Assembly (NCBI GenBank): GCA_022709735.1
Contig: JAKLIG010000002.1
Coordinates: 130,028-194,027, forward strand
Source of the DNA: Patescibacteria group bacterium
GTDB taxonomy: Bacteria; Patescibacteriota; Minisyncoccia; Moranbacterales; UBA2206
Length of the DNA stretch: 64,000 nt
Direction: 5' to 3'
The position numbers were made by a program, and so were the translations under genes. The first letter of the stretch is position 1, and the number at the start of each line of letters is the position of its first letter. Positions 7,884 through 16,852 of this stretch are shown one piece after another. Below the pieces are notes generated by a model that saw only the letters and a program-made list of their open reading frames with translations, searched no databases and was not told the DNA's origin.

Positions 7884-10445
7884 TTACGGAATTGTTGTCT
7901 TTACGGAAATACTTTTTGAATCAGTGTCGCCGTTCTTATCTTCAATAGTCGCCTTAATTGAAAGGGTGGTATTTTTTTTAGAATCAGGAACGGAATAAGT
8001 ATAACTTAACGAAGAATCAGAGGAAGAGGTAATATTATCGCCCTCAATAGACAGGGTGATTTTTTTAACTCCGAAAGGTGCATTTGCTTTGGCTTTAATA
8101 GTAAAAGAAGATGAGGTGATCGTGTCTCCATTCGAAGGGGAAGAAATATCGACACTAGGTTTGAATTTTTTAAAATCATCCGCCTTGCATTCTTTTTCTG
8201 GTGTTGGTCGAGAAGAATAGCCGTCCTTTTTATCTAGCCACTTTTCAATAGCCTTTTCCCAATTCTTAAATTGCGGATCATCTTCTGGATCTTTTGGAGC
8301 ATCTCCGCGCGGATCATCTTTTTGAACATAATAAAGAATAGAATGAGCATCGGCAAATTTTTTCTTATCTCTTTCGGATTCTGGGCAATTATCATTTGCT
8401 AAGCAATAATCATTAGATCCGGGAATTTTGCAAACAGATATTTCTTTTTTATCATCCAGTTTTCCATCTAAAACATCCTTGCCAGTTTCTTCTTTTTCAT
8501 ATTTAGGAAACTCTTCAATATTATAATTAGCCAAGGCCTTGTCCATAAATTCCCGCCAAATCGGTGCAGCAACATAAGAACCATCGGCCCCCTTGGCCAT
8601 TATGGAATTGTCGTTATTTCCTGCCCAAACACCAGCGACAAGCGAAGGAGTATAGCCGATTGTCCAACCATCTCGCCATTCATTGGTTGTTCCAGTTTTA
8701 GCGGCGACTGGGCGGTCATCAAAACGCAAAGGATTTTTTTCGCCAAAGACTGGAGCGCGAAGATCATTGGTGGATAAAATATAATCTATCATTGACACAT
8801 ATTTTTCTTCAATCACTCTTTGTCCATCACTGGGTTTGTATTGTTCCAGCACATTCCCACTGCCATCCTCTACTTTTAAAATAGAAATAATTGAATGGTG
8901 GATTCCGCCGGTAGCAAAAGTAGAAAAAGCATTCACATGATCAATAAGTTTAACTTCACCTCCGCCAAGCACTAAAGATAAACCATAATCATCAGGATTT
9001 TTAAGCGTGGTTATTCCCATTTTGTGAGCAGTATCGATGGAGTTTTGTACGCCGGCTAAATATAATGTTTCAACGGCCGGGACATTAAGAGACATTGCTA
9101 GGGCGTCTTTCATTTTGAGAAGTCCGCGATTTTCGCCGTCATAATTTTTTGGATTATATTCTTTTCCGCTGTCAGTGGAAAAATTAGTATCCACATCCCA
9201 AAGATTAGTTTCGGGCGTATAACCTTTTTCAAAGGCAGTTAGATAAACATAAGGCTTGAAAGAAGAGCCGGGCTGGCGAAGGGCAGTAGCTACATTGAAA
9301 TTTCCTTCAAACTGGCAATTTTTTCCGGAGATGCAACCAGTTGGCGTTGCTTTTCCGAAATAATCTTTTGATCCAACCATCGCTAAAACTTGGCCAGTTT
9401 TTGGATCCATTGCTACAAGCGCTTGGTTGTTAGATTTATAAACTTTTGCATCTTTTTCGGAATTATTTTTTATCGCTTCTTCAGCAATTTTTTGTTTATC
9501 CCAATCAAGCGTGGTATAAACTTTGAGCCCGCCTTGTTCCACCATTTGCTCGCCGTATTTTTTTTCAAGCATTTCCTTGATGTACATCACAAAATGCGGA
9601 GCGCTGATATTATCCGAGAAGGGTTTTATTTTTGAAAAAACATCTGTTTCTTTGGCAGTGTTCGCTTGATCTTCGGTGATGCATCCAAGCTTAACCATTT
9701 GATCCAGAGCATATTCTTGGCGAGCTTTTAGATTTTCAGTATGACTGCCGTAAGGAGAATAATAAGAGGGTGCTTTGGGAAGTGAAGCTAAGAGGGCGGA
9801 TTCATCAAGCGTGAGCTCGCTGGCATGTTTGCCAAAAAAAGTTTGGGAGGCGGATTCTACGCCATAAGCATTAGAGCCATAAGGAATTTCATTGAGATAC
9901 ATCGCAAGAATTTCATTTTTTTCAAACTTTTGTTCGAGTTCAAGAGCCAGAATAACTTCTTTAATTTTTCGGGTAAAAGTTTTTTCCGAAGTAAGAAGAG
10001 ATTGTTTGATAAGTTGTTGAGTTATAGTTGACCCGCCTTGTGCGGCGCCAAGATTAAAAATGTCTTTGAACGCAGCGCGCAAAATACTTTTCGGCTGAAT
10101 GCCGATATGATTATAAAAAGCCTGGTCTTCGAGAGCAATGGCAGCAAACTTGATTGTGTCAGGCATTTGCTCGAAAGGAATTTCCGTTCTTTTTTCTTCG
10201 CCATGAACTTCATAAAGAAGATGATCTCCGGTGCGGTCGTAAATTTTGGTTGATTGCACGACAAAGCGCTTATTGAGATTTCCTGGGCTTGGAAGATCTT
10301 TGGCAAACCAAGCGAAAACACCGACTGTAAAAAGTAAAATAATTCCAAAGAAAATCAGTGACCATTTTCTCAAGAATTTCCAATTAATCCTAAAATGCTT
10401 TTTCCCAGAAAAATCACTCCTATTTCTATGCTTAAATATATACAT
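7884..10445 (-). CDS. class A penicillin-binding protein (glycosyltransferase + transpeptidase) with a C-terminal Ig-like extension
   Basis: GT51 motifs (EDQAFYNHIGI, GGSTITQQL); transpeptidase SSFKP (SxxK) and KTGTT. Possible own promoter TTGAAA-17-TAAAAT on the minus strand in the 10446-10514 gap. Confidence 0.9.
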   Translation of the reverse strand: MYIFKHRNRSDFSGKKHFRINWKFLRKWSLIFFGIILLFTVGVFAWFAKDLPSPGNLNKRFVVQSTKIYDRTGDHLLYEVHGEEKRTEIPFEQMPDTIKFAAIALEDQAFYNHIGIQPKSILRAAFKDIFNLGAAQGGSTITQQLIKQSLLTSEKTFTRKIKEVILALELEQKFEKNEILAMYLNEIPYGSNAYGVESASQTFFGKHASELTLDESALLASLPKAPSYYSPYGSHTENLKARQEYALDQMVKLGCITEDQANTAKETDVFSKIKPFSDNISAPHFVMYIKEMLEKKYGEQMVEQGGLKVYTTLDWDKQKIAEEAIKNNSEKDAKVYKSNNQALVAMDPKTGQVLAMVGSKDYFGKATPTGCISGKNCQFEGNFNVATALRQPGSSFKPYVYLTAFEKGYTPETNLWDVDTNFSTDSGKEYNPKNYDGENRGLLKMKDALAMSLNVPAVETLYLAGVQNSIDTAHKMGITTLKNPDDYGLSLVLGGGEVKLIDHVNAFSTFATGGIHHSIISILKVEDGSGNVLEQYKPSDGQRVIEEKYVSMIDYILSTNDLRAPVFGEKNPLRFDDRPVAAKTGTTNEWRDGWTIGYTPSLVAGVWAGNNDNSIMAKGADGSYVAAPIWREFMDKALANYNIEEFPKYEKEETGKDVLDGKLDDKKEISVCKIPGSNDYCLANDNCPESERDKKKFADAHSILYYVQKDDPRGDAPKDPEDDPQFKNWEKAIEKWLDKKDGYSSRPTPEKECKADDFKKFKPSVDISSPSNGDTITSSSFTIKAKANAPFGVKKITLSIEGDNITSSSDSSLSYTYSVPDSKKNTTLSIKATIEDKNGDTDSKSISVKTTIP

Positions 10446-10514
10446 AAATTTATTTTTTAAGGCATCTTATATTTTAGTACAAAAGAGAAAGTTTTTCAAG
10501 GCAAAAGACGCGAG

Positions 10515-11786
10515 TTATTTTATAAAGGAGGCTTTAAAATATTTTTTAATATAATGAATTGTTTTTTTATGATTATCCCCGCAAATAATAACGACAATAT
10601 CTCCAGGTTTAGCAAGTTGAGAAGCTCTTTTAATAGCATTTTCTTCAATTATTATGTTTTCAACTAAGCCTCTTTTTTTATTTTTTAAAATTCCTTTGGT
10701 GAAAATACTTGAAACTTCCCCAATTTCTCTTGTAATGCTACAATTTTTTCCTACAAAACGACCCCGATTTATGCCATCAATTTTATCATAGATGATTAAG
10801 TCATCATAGGAATTTGAAATAAACCGTCCTGTTTCGGTAATGACGCTGTCTGTTCTGTCTGGAGCTAGTCTCACAACGCCCAAGAGGCGATTAACTTTTG
10901 GATTTCGTTTTAATTTTTTCCCTAATTTTGCAATTTCGCGAAGGGAATATTTTTCATGAGCATAATCAACCAAAATTTTTACATTTTTTTTATTTTTTAA
11001 CATTGTTAATCTTCCGCCCGTTTCCTCTAGTTTATAATTTCTAATTAAGGTCAGGTCTTTTTTAGTAATTTTTTTGCCATTAAAAGCATATAGGCCACCA
11101 ATTATAAACATTAAATTAAAAATAGATGGGAGAAAAATCCCGCCAAATGTCCAATCAATTTTTTTTACATCAAGAATTTTTTCTATTTTATTTTTTGATT
11201 TGATAATAATAAAATTATCCAGAAGAGTTATGATTTCCCCGTTTTTTGATAAGTGGTTTTTTATGTTAAAGTACTTAAAATTTATTCCAACTGGAAGTAA
11301 AGTGGCTTTTCTTTTTTCGGGAACTTTTTTTAATTGCGAACAAACATATTTGTCGTCAGCATTAAAAATTATAAAGCCATGATCATTGATTCTTTTAAAA
11401 ATAAAACTTTTTGAATTAGCCAAATCGGATTTTTTTTGCAGGTGGCCCATTCCTAAATGGTCTTCGAAAACATTAGTGAATATTCCAATATCATGAAAAC
11501 CATATCCTAAGCCATGAACACCGTTTGAGCCTACGGAAGATTCTAAAATTGCTGTAAAATTAGGAAAATATTTTTTCATAGTAATTAGATATTTCCCTGG
11601 GCATACAGTCGGAGCTTTAACAAATAAATTTCTGCTATCTTGCAATGTGCTTTTTTGCTTTTCATTTATATAATGCCCGTCCGTATCTACTCTAAGGGTG
11701 GTTCCTCCTGAATTTTTTATTATATAACTCAACGCCCTTGTTATAGTTGTTTTCCCTTTTGTTCCTGTTGTTGATATTATTTTCAT
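10515..11786 (-). CDS. Mur-ligase-family protein resembling the C-terminal (M) domain of cyanophycin synthetase CphA
   Basis: STTGTKGKTTITR matches the Mur-ligase P-loop (GTNGKTT); ...GLGYGFHDIGIFTNVFEDHLG matches the CphA M-domain signature. Confidence 0.7.
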   Translation of the reverse strand: MKIISTTGTKGKTTITRALSYIIKNSGGTTLRVDTDGHYINEKQKSTLQDSRNLFVKAPTVCPGKYLITMKKYFPNFTAILESSVGSNGVHGLGYGFHDIGIFTNVFEDHLGMGHLQKKSDLANSKSFIFKRINDHGFIIFNADDKYVCSQLKKVPEKRKATLLPVGINFKYFNIKNHLSKNGEIITLLDNFIIIKSKNKIEKILDVKKIDWTFGGIFLPSIFNLMFIIGGLYAFNGKKITKKDLTLIRNYKLEETGGRLTMLKNKKNVKILVDYAHEKYSLREIAKLGKKLKRNPKVNRLLGVVRLAPDRTDSVITETGRFISNSYDDLIIYDKIDGINRGRFVGKNCSITREIGEVSSIFTKGILKNKKRGLVENIIIEENAIKRASQLAKPGDIVVIICGDNHKKTIHYIKKYFKASFIK

Positions 11787-11796
11787 GATTATTAAG

Positions 11797-12807
11797 TTAA
11801 CTGAATAAATAATTTATTAAATTTTTATGGAGATCTCTTGATTTCCCTCGTGTCGGACTGCTATGAAATTGTATATCGGGAAAAGAGCCGTTAATTTCAA
11901 CTACAATCCCATCATTTTCTGTTAAAGGTTTTGTTATATCTTTGGATATAATATCTATTCCTATTATAGGAAGTTTTAAGTTTTCTGATATTTCCTTTGA
12001 CATATTAATAAAATATGGATGAACACTTTCCGTTACATCGATATATTCTCCTCCATCAAATCCGCTAAAACATAAAGGAATTTTTTTATTTTTTGGAATA
12101 ATTGAATTTAAATTGTAACCTTCTGATGCTAAAAAACGTTCAGTTTTTTCTGAAATTTTTATTTTTTTCAAACGAGCCTTCTTTCTTCTTTCTTTGTTGT
12201 ATTTATTTTCCCAGTTTATAAGTTCTCGAACTGTTCTTTTCCCATCTCCTGAAACATAAGCAGGTAAATTTTTTGTTGCAGCATAGGATCCATCAGCTAT
12301 ATAGGTTATCCTGTAATAATCTCCAGAAATATGTTTTTCCACTATTACTTTATTGTCAGTTTTTTTTGCTATCCTAAAGGAATTAATTAAGAGTTTCTTT
12401 GTAGTTACATTAATTGTAATTCCTTTTCCTTCAGCTGCTCCTATGGGTTTTACCACCACAGGAAATCCAAGCGATTTTATTGCAGAATCCAGCTCTTCTA
12501 ATTTGGAAATGGTTTTGCTTGGAGCAACCGGATATCCTAATTTAGAAAGAAAGTCTTTTGCTGTATGCTTATTTCGAGCAATAGCCATCCCTACCGGATT
12601 TGTTTTAGAGGTCATTGTTTTGTTTAACCAGATAATTTTATTTCCTCGCTTAAATATATATAAATTTTTTTTGCTGAAAATTCTATATACAGCTATATTA
12701 TTTTTTAATGCACATAAAATAAGCTTTTTTGAAATCCCTGCGGGAGATTTTTTTTTATTTTTGAAAGTATCAAGAGTAATTTTTTCAGAACATTTCAATA
12801 TTTTCAT
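11797..12807 (-). CDS. ATP-grasp ligase resembling the central ATP-grasp (G) domain of cyanophycin synthetase CphA
   Basis: PVVVKPIGAAEGKGITIN, VIVEKHISGDYYRI, PAYVSGDGKRTVRELI, IIGIDIISKDITKPLTENDGIVVEINGSFP and C-terminal HSSPTRGKSRDLHKNLINYLF parallel the CphA G-domain including the ...PRDV...LF tail. Confidence 0.7.
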   Translation of the reverse strand: MKILKCSEKITLDTFKNKKKSPAGISKKLILCALKNNIAVYRIFSKKNLYIFKRGNKIIWLNKTMTSKTNPVGMAIARNKHTAKDFLSKLGYPVAPSKTISKLEELDSAIKSLGFPVVVKPIGAAEGKGITINVTTKKLLINSFRIAKKTDNKVIVEKHISGDYYRITYIADGSYAATKNLPAYVSGDGKRTVRELINWENKYNKERRKKARLKKIKISEKTERFLASEGYNLNSIIPKNKKIPLCFSGFDGGEYIDVTESVHPYFINMSKEISENLKLPIIGIDIISKDITKPLTENDGIVVEINGSFPDIQFHSSPTRGKSRDLHKNLINYLFS

Positions 12808-12822
12808 AGTAATATCGCAGCG

Positions 12823-14217
12823 TTATTTATTTACATCAATTAAAAACTTCCCCAAATTTTTCTTACCGATTATTATCGGCATTTTTAAATTCGAGCGATC
12901 TATTATGGAAACTTTTGCTAAAAATTCTATATTATCCATAATAATATTTATATTTACCATCGGTCGATATGTTGTTCCATGGGAAGAATGAATAATGGCA
13001 GTATCGGCTAAATCAGGAATATTTTTAAAAATTTCTTTTCTTTGCTCGGGAGTTAAATTTTTAATTTGTTCATAGCTAATATTCAAATTCTCATATTCTA
13101 AAACCGTATTTTCAAAACCCAACTGTTTAGCTAGCTCTGTATCAATTGAAGAAAATCCTGCTCCAGTGTCAATTTTTGCTTCTACCTCAATTTCTTTTCC
13201 ATCTTTTCCAATGAGTTTCACTTTCTCTACTGTGCCGATGACGCGCCGGCCGGAAATTCCTTCCAATTCTTCTTCGATTTCTCCTCCAAAAAGATCTTTT
13301 CCGACGCGGACGCCTTTTTCGACGGTTTTTATTTTTATTCCGGCTGCTTTCTTGAGTCTTTCTTTGAGGCCGGAAAGATTGGCAATTTGAATGGAAAGTC
13401 CTGGGCGGGCGTTGAGCTCGATAATGGTCGGGCCTTTGATTTTATCAATCGCAATGTCAGCGCCTAAAAAACCAAGACCGGAAAGTTCCTGCGCTCGCAC
13501 AGCTAATTTCAAAATATCATTCCAATAAGGAATTCTAATTCCAGATAACAAAAGGCGAGTATCGGGAGCATATTCGATAAATTTATTTTTCCCCGAAACG
13601 GCGGTAGTAGTTGTGCCAGTAGCCATGTCGATGCCGACCCCAATAGCCCCTTGCTGAAGATTGGCTTTGCCGGAAGAATTTTTGGTTGGAAGGCGAAGCA
13701 TTGCCATAAGGGGAACTTTGTTAAAAACAATTACTCGAATGTCCGGGATGCCTTTGTAACAATAGGGCTTGAAAAGTTTTAGAAGTTGCAATCTTTCTTC
13801 AAAAAAAGCGATGTCCGGCGTTCCGGAAAGAGAAAAAGAACCGTCCAAAATATTTCGAATGTGCGCTTTTAAATCTTCTATAGAAACAAGAGAACGATCA
13901 GCTTTTATCCACACATCAGTTTGATTCTTCTTTTTTCCATAAACCACTAAAATTCCTTCTCCACCGAAACCGCGATTTGGTTTCAGGGCAAAACTTTCTG
14001 GCAATGTTTGCCAGTCAAAATTTTCGAGCTCCGCATAGTTTCTTATTTTTGCCAAAAGTTGTGGGACAGCTAAATTATTATCTTTAAGAATTTTTTTGCT
14101 AAGAAGCTTGTTATCTGCGATTTTTTTGGCGCGCGCCAAATTGAACGGCCTGATATATTCCAGGTTTCGAGAATTCATTCCAAGAATTTGCCGGCTAAGT
14201 TTTAGAAACTCAAACAT
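12823..14217 (-). CDS. RimK-like ATP-grasp (alpha-L-glutamate-ligase-like) fused to a C-terminal retropepsin-like aspartic peptidase domain
   Basis: ATP-grasp core (KPNRGFGGEGI, IIELNARPGLSIQ); C-terminal ~150 aa carries KIDTGAG (D-T-G-A catalytic motif of clan AA peptidases). Confidence 0.65.
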   Translation of the reverse strand: MFEFLKLSRQILGMNSRNLEYIRPFNLARAKKIADNKLLSKKILKDNNLAVPQLLAKIRNYAELENFDWQTLPESFALKPNRGFGGEGILVVYGKKKNQTDVWIKADRSLVSIEDLKAHIRNILDGSFSLSGTPDIAFFEERLQLLKLFKPYCYKGIPDIRVIVFNKVPLMAMLRLPTKNSSGKANLQQGAIGVGIDMATGTTTTAVSGKNKFIEYAPDTRLLLSGIRIPYWNDILKLAVRAQELSGLGFLGADIAIDKIKGPTIIELNARPGLSIQIANLSGLKERLKKAAGIKIKTVEKGVRVGKDLFGGEIEEELEGISGRRVIGTVEKVKLIGKDGKEIEVEAKIDTGAGFSSIDTELAKQLGFENTVLEYENLNISYEQIKNLTPEQRKEIFKNIPDLADTAIIHSSHGTTYRPMVNINIIMDNIEFLAKVSIIDRSNLKMPIIIGKKNLGKFLIDVNK

Positions 14218-14221
14218 AAAA

Positions 14222-14872
14222 TTATAAATGTTTCATTATTTTTCGAAACCGAAAATATTCGCTCACACGAAGCCCGGTCCATTTTCCAAGAAGAATATTA
14301 ATTGGAATAGTGAGGATAACCACCCAAGGATAAAGAGCCAAAAAATGAATGAGAATTTTTGAGCTAGCAATGAAAAATCCTAAAATTGAAATAATCAAAG
14401 TTTCAATGGCCAAAAAAATTGCAGCTTTGTCGCCTTTTTCAATTTGAACGGCGATGAATTTTTCAACTATTGTGATCATAATGAGAATTGGAAAAATAGA
14501 AACCGCTGCGAGACCTGTTCTTTTGAATTCTCCGCCAATCACTAAAATTCCCAAAATTAAGAAAGCGACGATGGTGAGCATGATAGCCACTCTTGGAAGA
14601 TAAAGCAGGCGGAATGGCTTCAAAACAAAACGCATCAGCATCCCGGTAAAAATAACCGTGACAAAAATCGCGATGCCATATTTGAGACCGTTTGTAGCCA
14701 AAAAGGCGAAAGTTACAATGAGCGGAGCATAAATTCCAAAAGCTTTAATACCAACCACTTGTCGAAGAAATGCGATAAAAGTGGCGATGATTGGAAGCAT
14801 CAAAATCAAAATAACCGTGGTGAAAGGCACGCCTTGATTTATGAAAAAGTTAATAATAGGGCTAACATTCAT
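14222..14872 (-). CDS. 7-transmembrane integral membrane protein (partner of the ATP-grasp/peptidase)
   Basis: 216 aa with seven hydrophobic helices; 4-nt gap to the downstream ATP-grasp gene. Confidence 0.6.
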   Translation of the reverse strand: MNVSPIINFFINQGVPFTTVILILMLPIIATFIAFLRQVVGIKAFGIYAPLIVTFAFLATNGLKYGIAIFVTVIFTGMLMRFVLKPFRLLYLPRVAIMLTIVAFLILGILVIGGEFKRTGLAAVSIFPILIMITIVEKFIAVQIEKGDKAAIFLAIETLIISILGFFIASSKILIHFLALYPWVVILTIPINILLGKWTGLRVSEYFRFRKIMKHL

Positions 14873-14889
14873 ATTTTTTAGTTTATAAA

Positions 14890-15393
14890 TTAATGGTTTA
14901 AATTATTTAATTTCCGGCTATTTAAATGACAGATGGCAATCGCAATGGCGTCCGCTGTGTCATCGGGTTTCGGCAGTTTTTCCAAATGCAAAATATTTTT
15001 TGTCATCATTTGCATTTGTTTTTTCTCGGCTCGGCCATATCCGGTGATCGCTTGCTTTACTTGGAGCGGAGTATAACTCGAAACTCTAACATTATTTTGC
15101 TTTAAAGTCAAGAGAATTGCGCCTCTGGCTTGGGCCACAGTGATGATTGTTTTTTGATTTTTAAAAAAGAAAATTTCTTCCACTCCCGCTTCCTGTGGTT
15201 TATATTTTGCAATTATCTTTTCAATATCCCTCGAAATTTCCAAAATCCTTTCCGCGTCAGTTTTTTGAGGCGAAGTAGCAATATGCCCATAAGAAACCGG
15301 TTCTATTTTTCCGTTTTTTTCTTCTAGTATCGCCCAGCCAGTGGTGGCGGTGCCAGGATCAATTCCTAAGACGCGCAAGTTATCATTTTTCAT
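14890..15393 (-). CDS. ruvC: crossover junction endodeoxyribonuclease RuvC
   Basis: MKNDNLRVLGIDPGTATTGWAILEE... catalytic Asp in GIDPG; 167 aa. Confidence 0.85.
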   Translation of the reverse strand: MKNDNLRVLGIDPGTATTGWAILEEKNGKIEPVSYGHIATSPQKTDAERILEISRDIEKIIAKYKPQEAGVEEIFFFKNQKTIITVAQARGAILLTLKQNNVRVSSYTPLQVKQAITGYGRAEKKQMQMMTKNILHLEKLPKPDDTADAIAIAICHLNSRKLNNLNH

Positions 15394-15451
15394 AGCTTAA
15401 TTATACTTCCAAAACGAGTTTTTTAAAAGTTTTTTGAGACAAAAAAATAAC
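15323..15451. repeat. direct repeat copy 1 (ruvC 5' end + upstream); about 96% identical to 16217-16344
   Basis: tctagtatcgcccagccagtgg...gacaaaaaaataac is present twice, with 5 mismatches over ~128 nt. Confidence 0.85.
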
Positions 15452-15538
15452 CTGAAAGGCTATTGGTTGAGATTTTGGCACAAATAATCCAGCTGGGACG
15501 ACTTTTCGATGTTGTTTAGTTGATTATGATTGAAATTT

Positions 15539-16153
15539 CTAATTGGGTATGATAGAAAAATATCCGACGGGTGTTTTAATAATTTTACCGCCCCAAGACT
15601 CAACTTCTTTTTTTGAATAGCGCTTTATAGCGGTGAAATCTTCCATTATAAAACTATCATTTTTGATACAATTAATTTTTAAATTAATTGATTTAAAATA
15701 TTCTTGAGCCAAGCCATTATCAAATTCTTCTCCGTATACAGAAATAATGATGACTTTGCCAAGCTCCTTCATTTTCGCAATGGATTTGTCCTGTTCTGGA
15801 ATGTATCCCAATGTGTTGTTGAGACAAATCACATAATCAAAATGAGGCAAGGCCGGAGGATTAGTAATATCGCCATGAATAAAATTTACACAGAGACCTG
15901 CTATGGCGATTTTTTGTTTTGCGAGTTCTACTAAAGAAGCTTCAATTTCAAGGCCAGTAATTTTCAAATCAGGACGAACTTCAAGTAAACGAATAGCTCT
16001 TGCTCCATCCATACTGCCAACTTGCAAAACACGAGCATTTTTTGGGAGCATAAGACGTAGCAGGTCAATTTCTTTGAGCCAATTATCTCTATTTGGTTTT
16101 GGTATATTTTCTAAAACGTCACAGTTTACATACACATCTTTTAATGAGGGCAT
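15539..16153 (-). CDS. class I SAM-dependent methyltransferase (cargo of the insertion)
   Basis: Motif I VLQVGSMDGARAI; acidic post-I LEIE; 204 aa. Confidence 0.7.
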   Translation of the reverse strand: MPSLKDVYVNCDVLENIPKPNRDNWLKEIDLLRLMLPKNARVLQVGSMDGARAIRLLEVRPDLKITGLEIEASLVELAKQKIAIAGLCVNFIHGDITNPPALPHFDYVICLNNTLGYIPEQDKSIAKMKELGKVIIISVYGEEFDNGLAQEYFKSINLKINCIKNDSFIMEDFTAIKRYSKKEVESWGGKIIKTPVGYFSIIPN

Positions 16154-16216
16154 ATTGAATTAATGAAAAAATGAGTTTTTACAAATTATCGAAAATTTCT
16201 TCTATTTTAATTTTTT

Positions 16217-16344
16217 CTAGTATCGCCCAGCCAGTGGTCGCTGTGCCGGGATCAATTCCCAAGACGCGCAAGTTATCATTTTTCATAGCTTAATTATACT
16301 TCCAAAACGAGTTTTTTAAAAGTTGTTTGAGACAAAAAAATAAC
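16217..16344. repeat. direct repeat copy 2. It carries a fossil ruvC start fused to a fossil yebC 3' end (16172-16200 copies the yebC stop region).
   Basis: Minus-strand reading from ATG (cat at ~16288-16290) gives MKNDNLRVLGIDPGTATTGWAILEKIKIEEIFDNL*: ruvC N-terminus joined to the yebC C-terminal residues EEIFDNL. Confidence 0.8.
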
Positions 16345-16562
16345 TCAAGAAGGTTATTAATAAAAATTTTTATTTATTTCGCTTAACATATGAGTATATC
16401 AAATGTTTGCCGAAGCGAAGAGAATATAAATAAAAGTGAGGGAGTTTTGCGTTTCTTTGCGTTTGGTCCGTCCGCCTTGACAGATTGATTGTTTTTCGCT
16501 TTACTACTACGATGTTTAGTATGTATTTTTGATAAATTATACCAATCAAAGGAGGTGAGAAA

Positions 16563-16785
16563 TTTGGAAAAATTTACACGCGAACATCTTTTAAATGTAT
16601 GTAAGTTAGGACAACGCGCAGAAACCTGCAGTTATTTAGTTCTTGGAGTTGATGGTATGGAGTGTGCTAAAGGATCGGCAACTTCTGGACTTACAACAGA
16701 AATCTTTTTGAAAAGAGAGCAGGGGTCCATGACGGCTATGGGCGATAACTGTGAAGGAAGAGAGGGGTCGGTCAAAAACGCTTGA
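16563..16785 (+). CDS. small Cys-containing hypothetical protein in a locally higher-GC segment
   Basis: Strong SD aaggagg followed by TTG/ATG; ...NVCKLGQRAETCSYLVLGVDGMECAKG...; composition noticeably more GC-rich than the flanks. The start is uncertain; the track ORF begins at 16489. Confidence 0.4.
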
Positions 16786-16852
16786 GCAACGCTTGGGCCA
16801 AATCAATTTGCCCGTTCGTTAATGTTGATATACAACACACGAGCGGGCTTTT

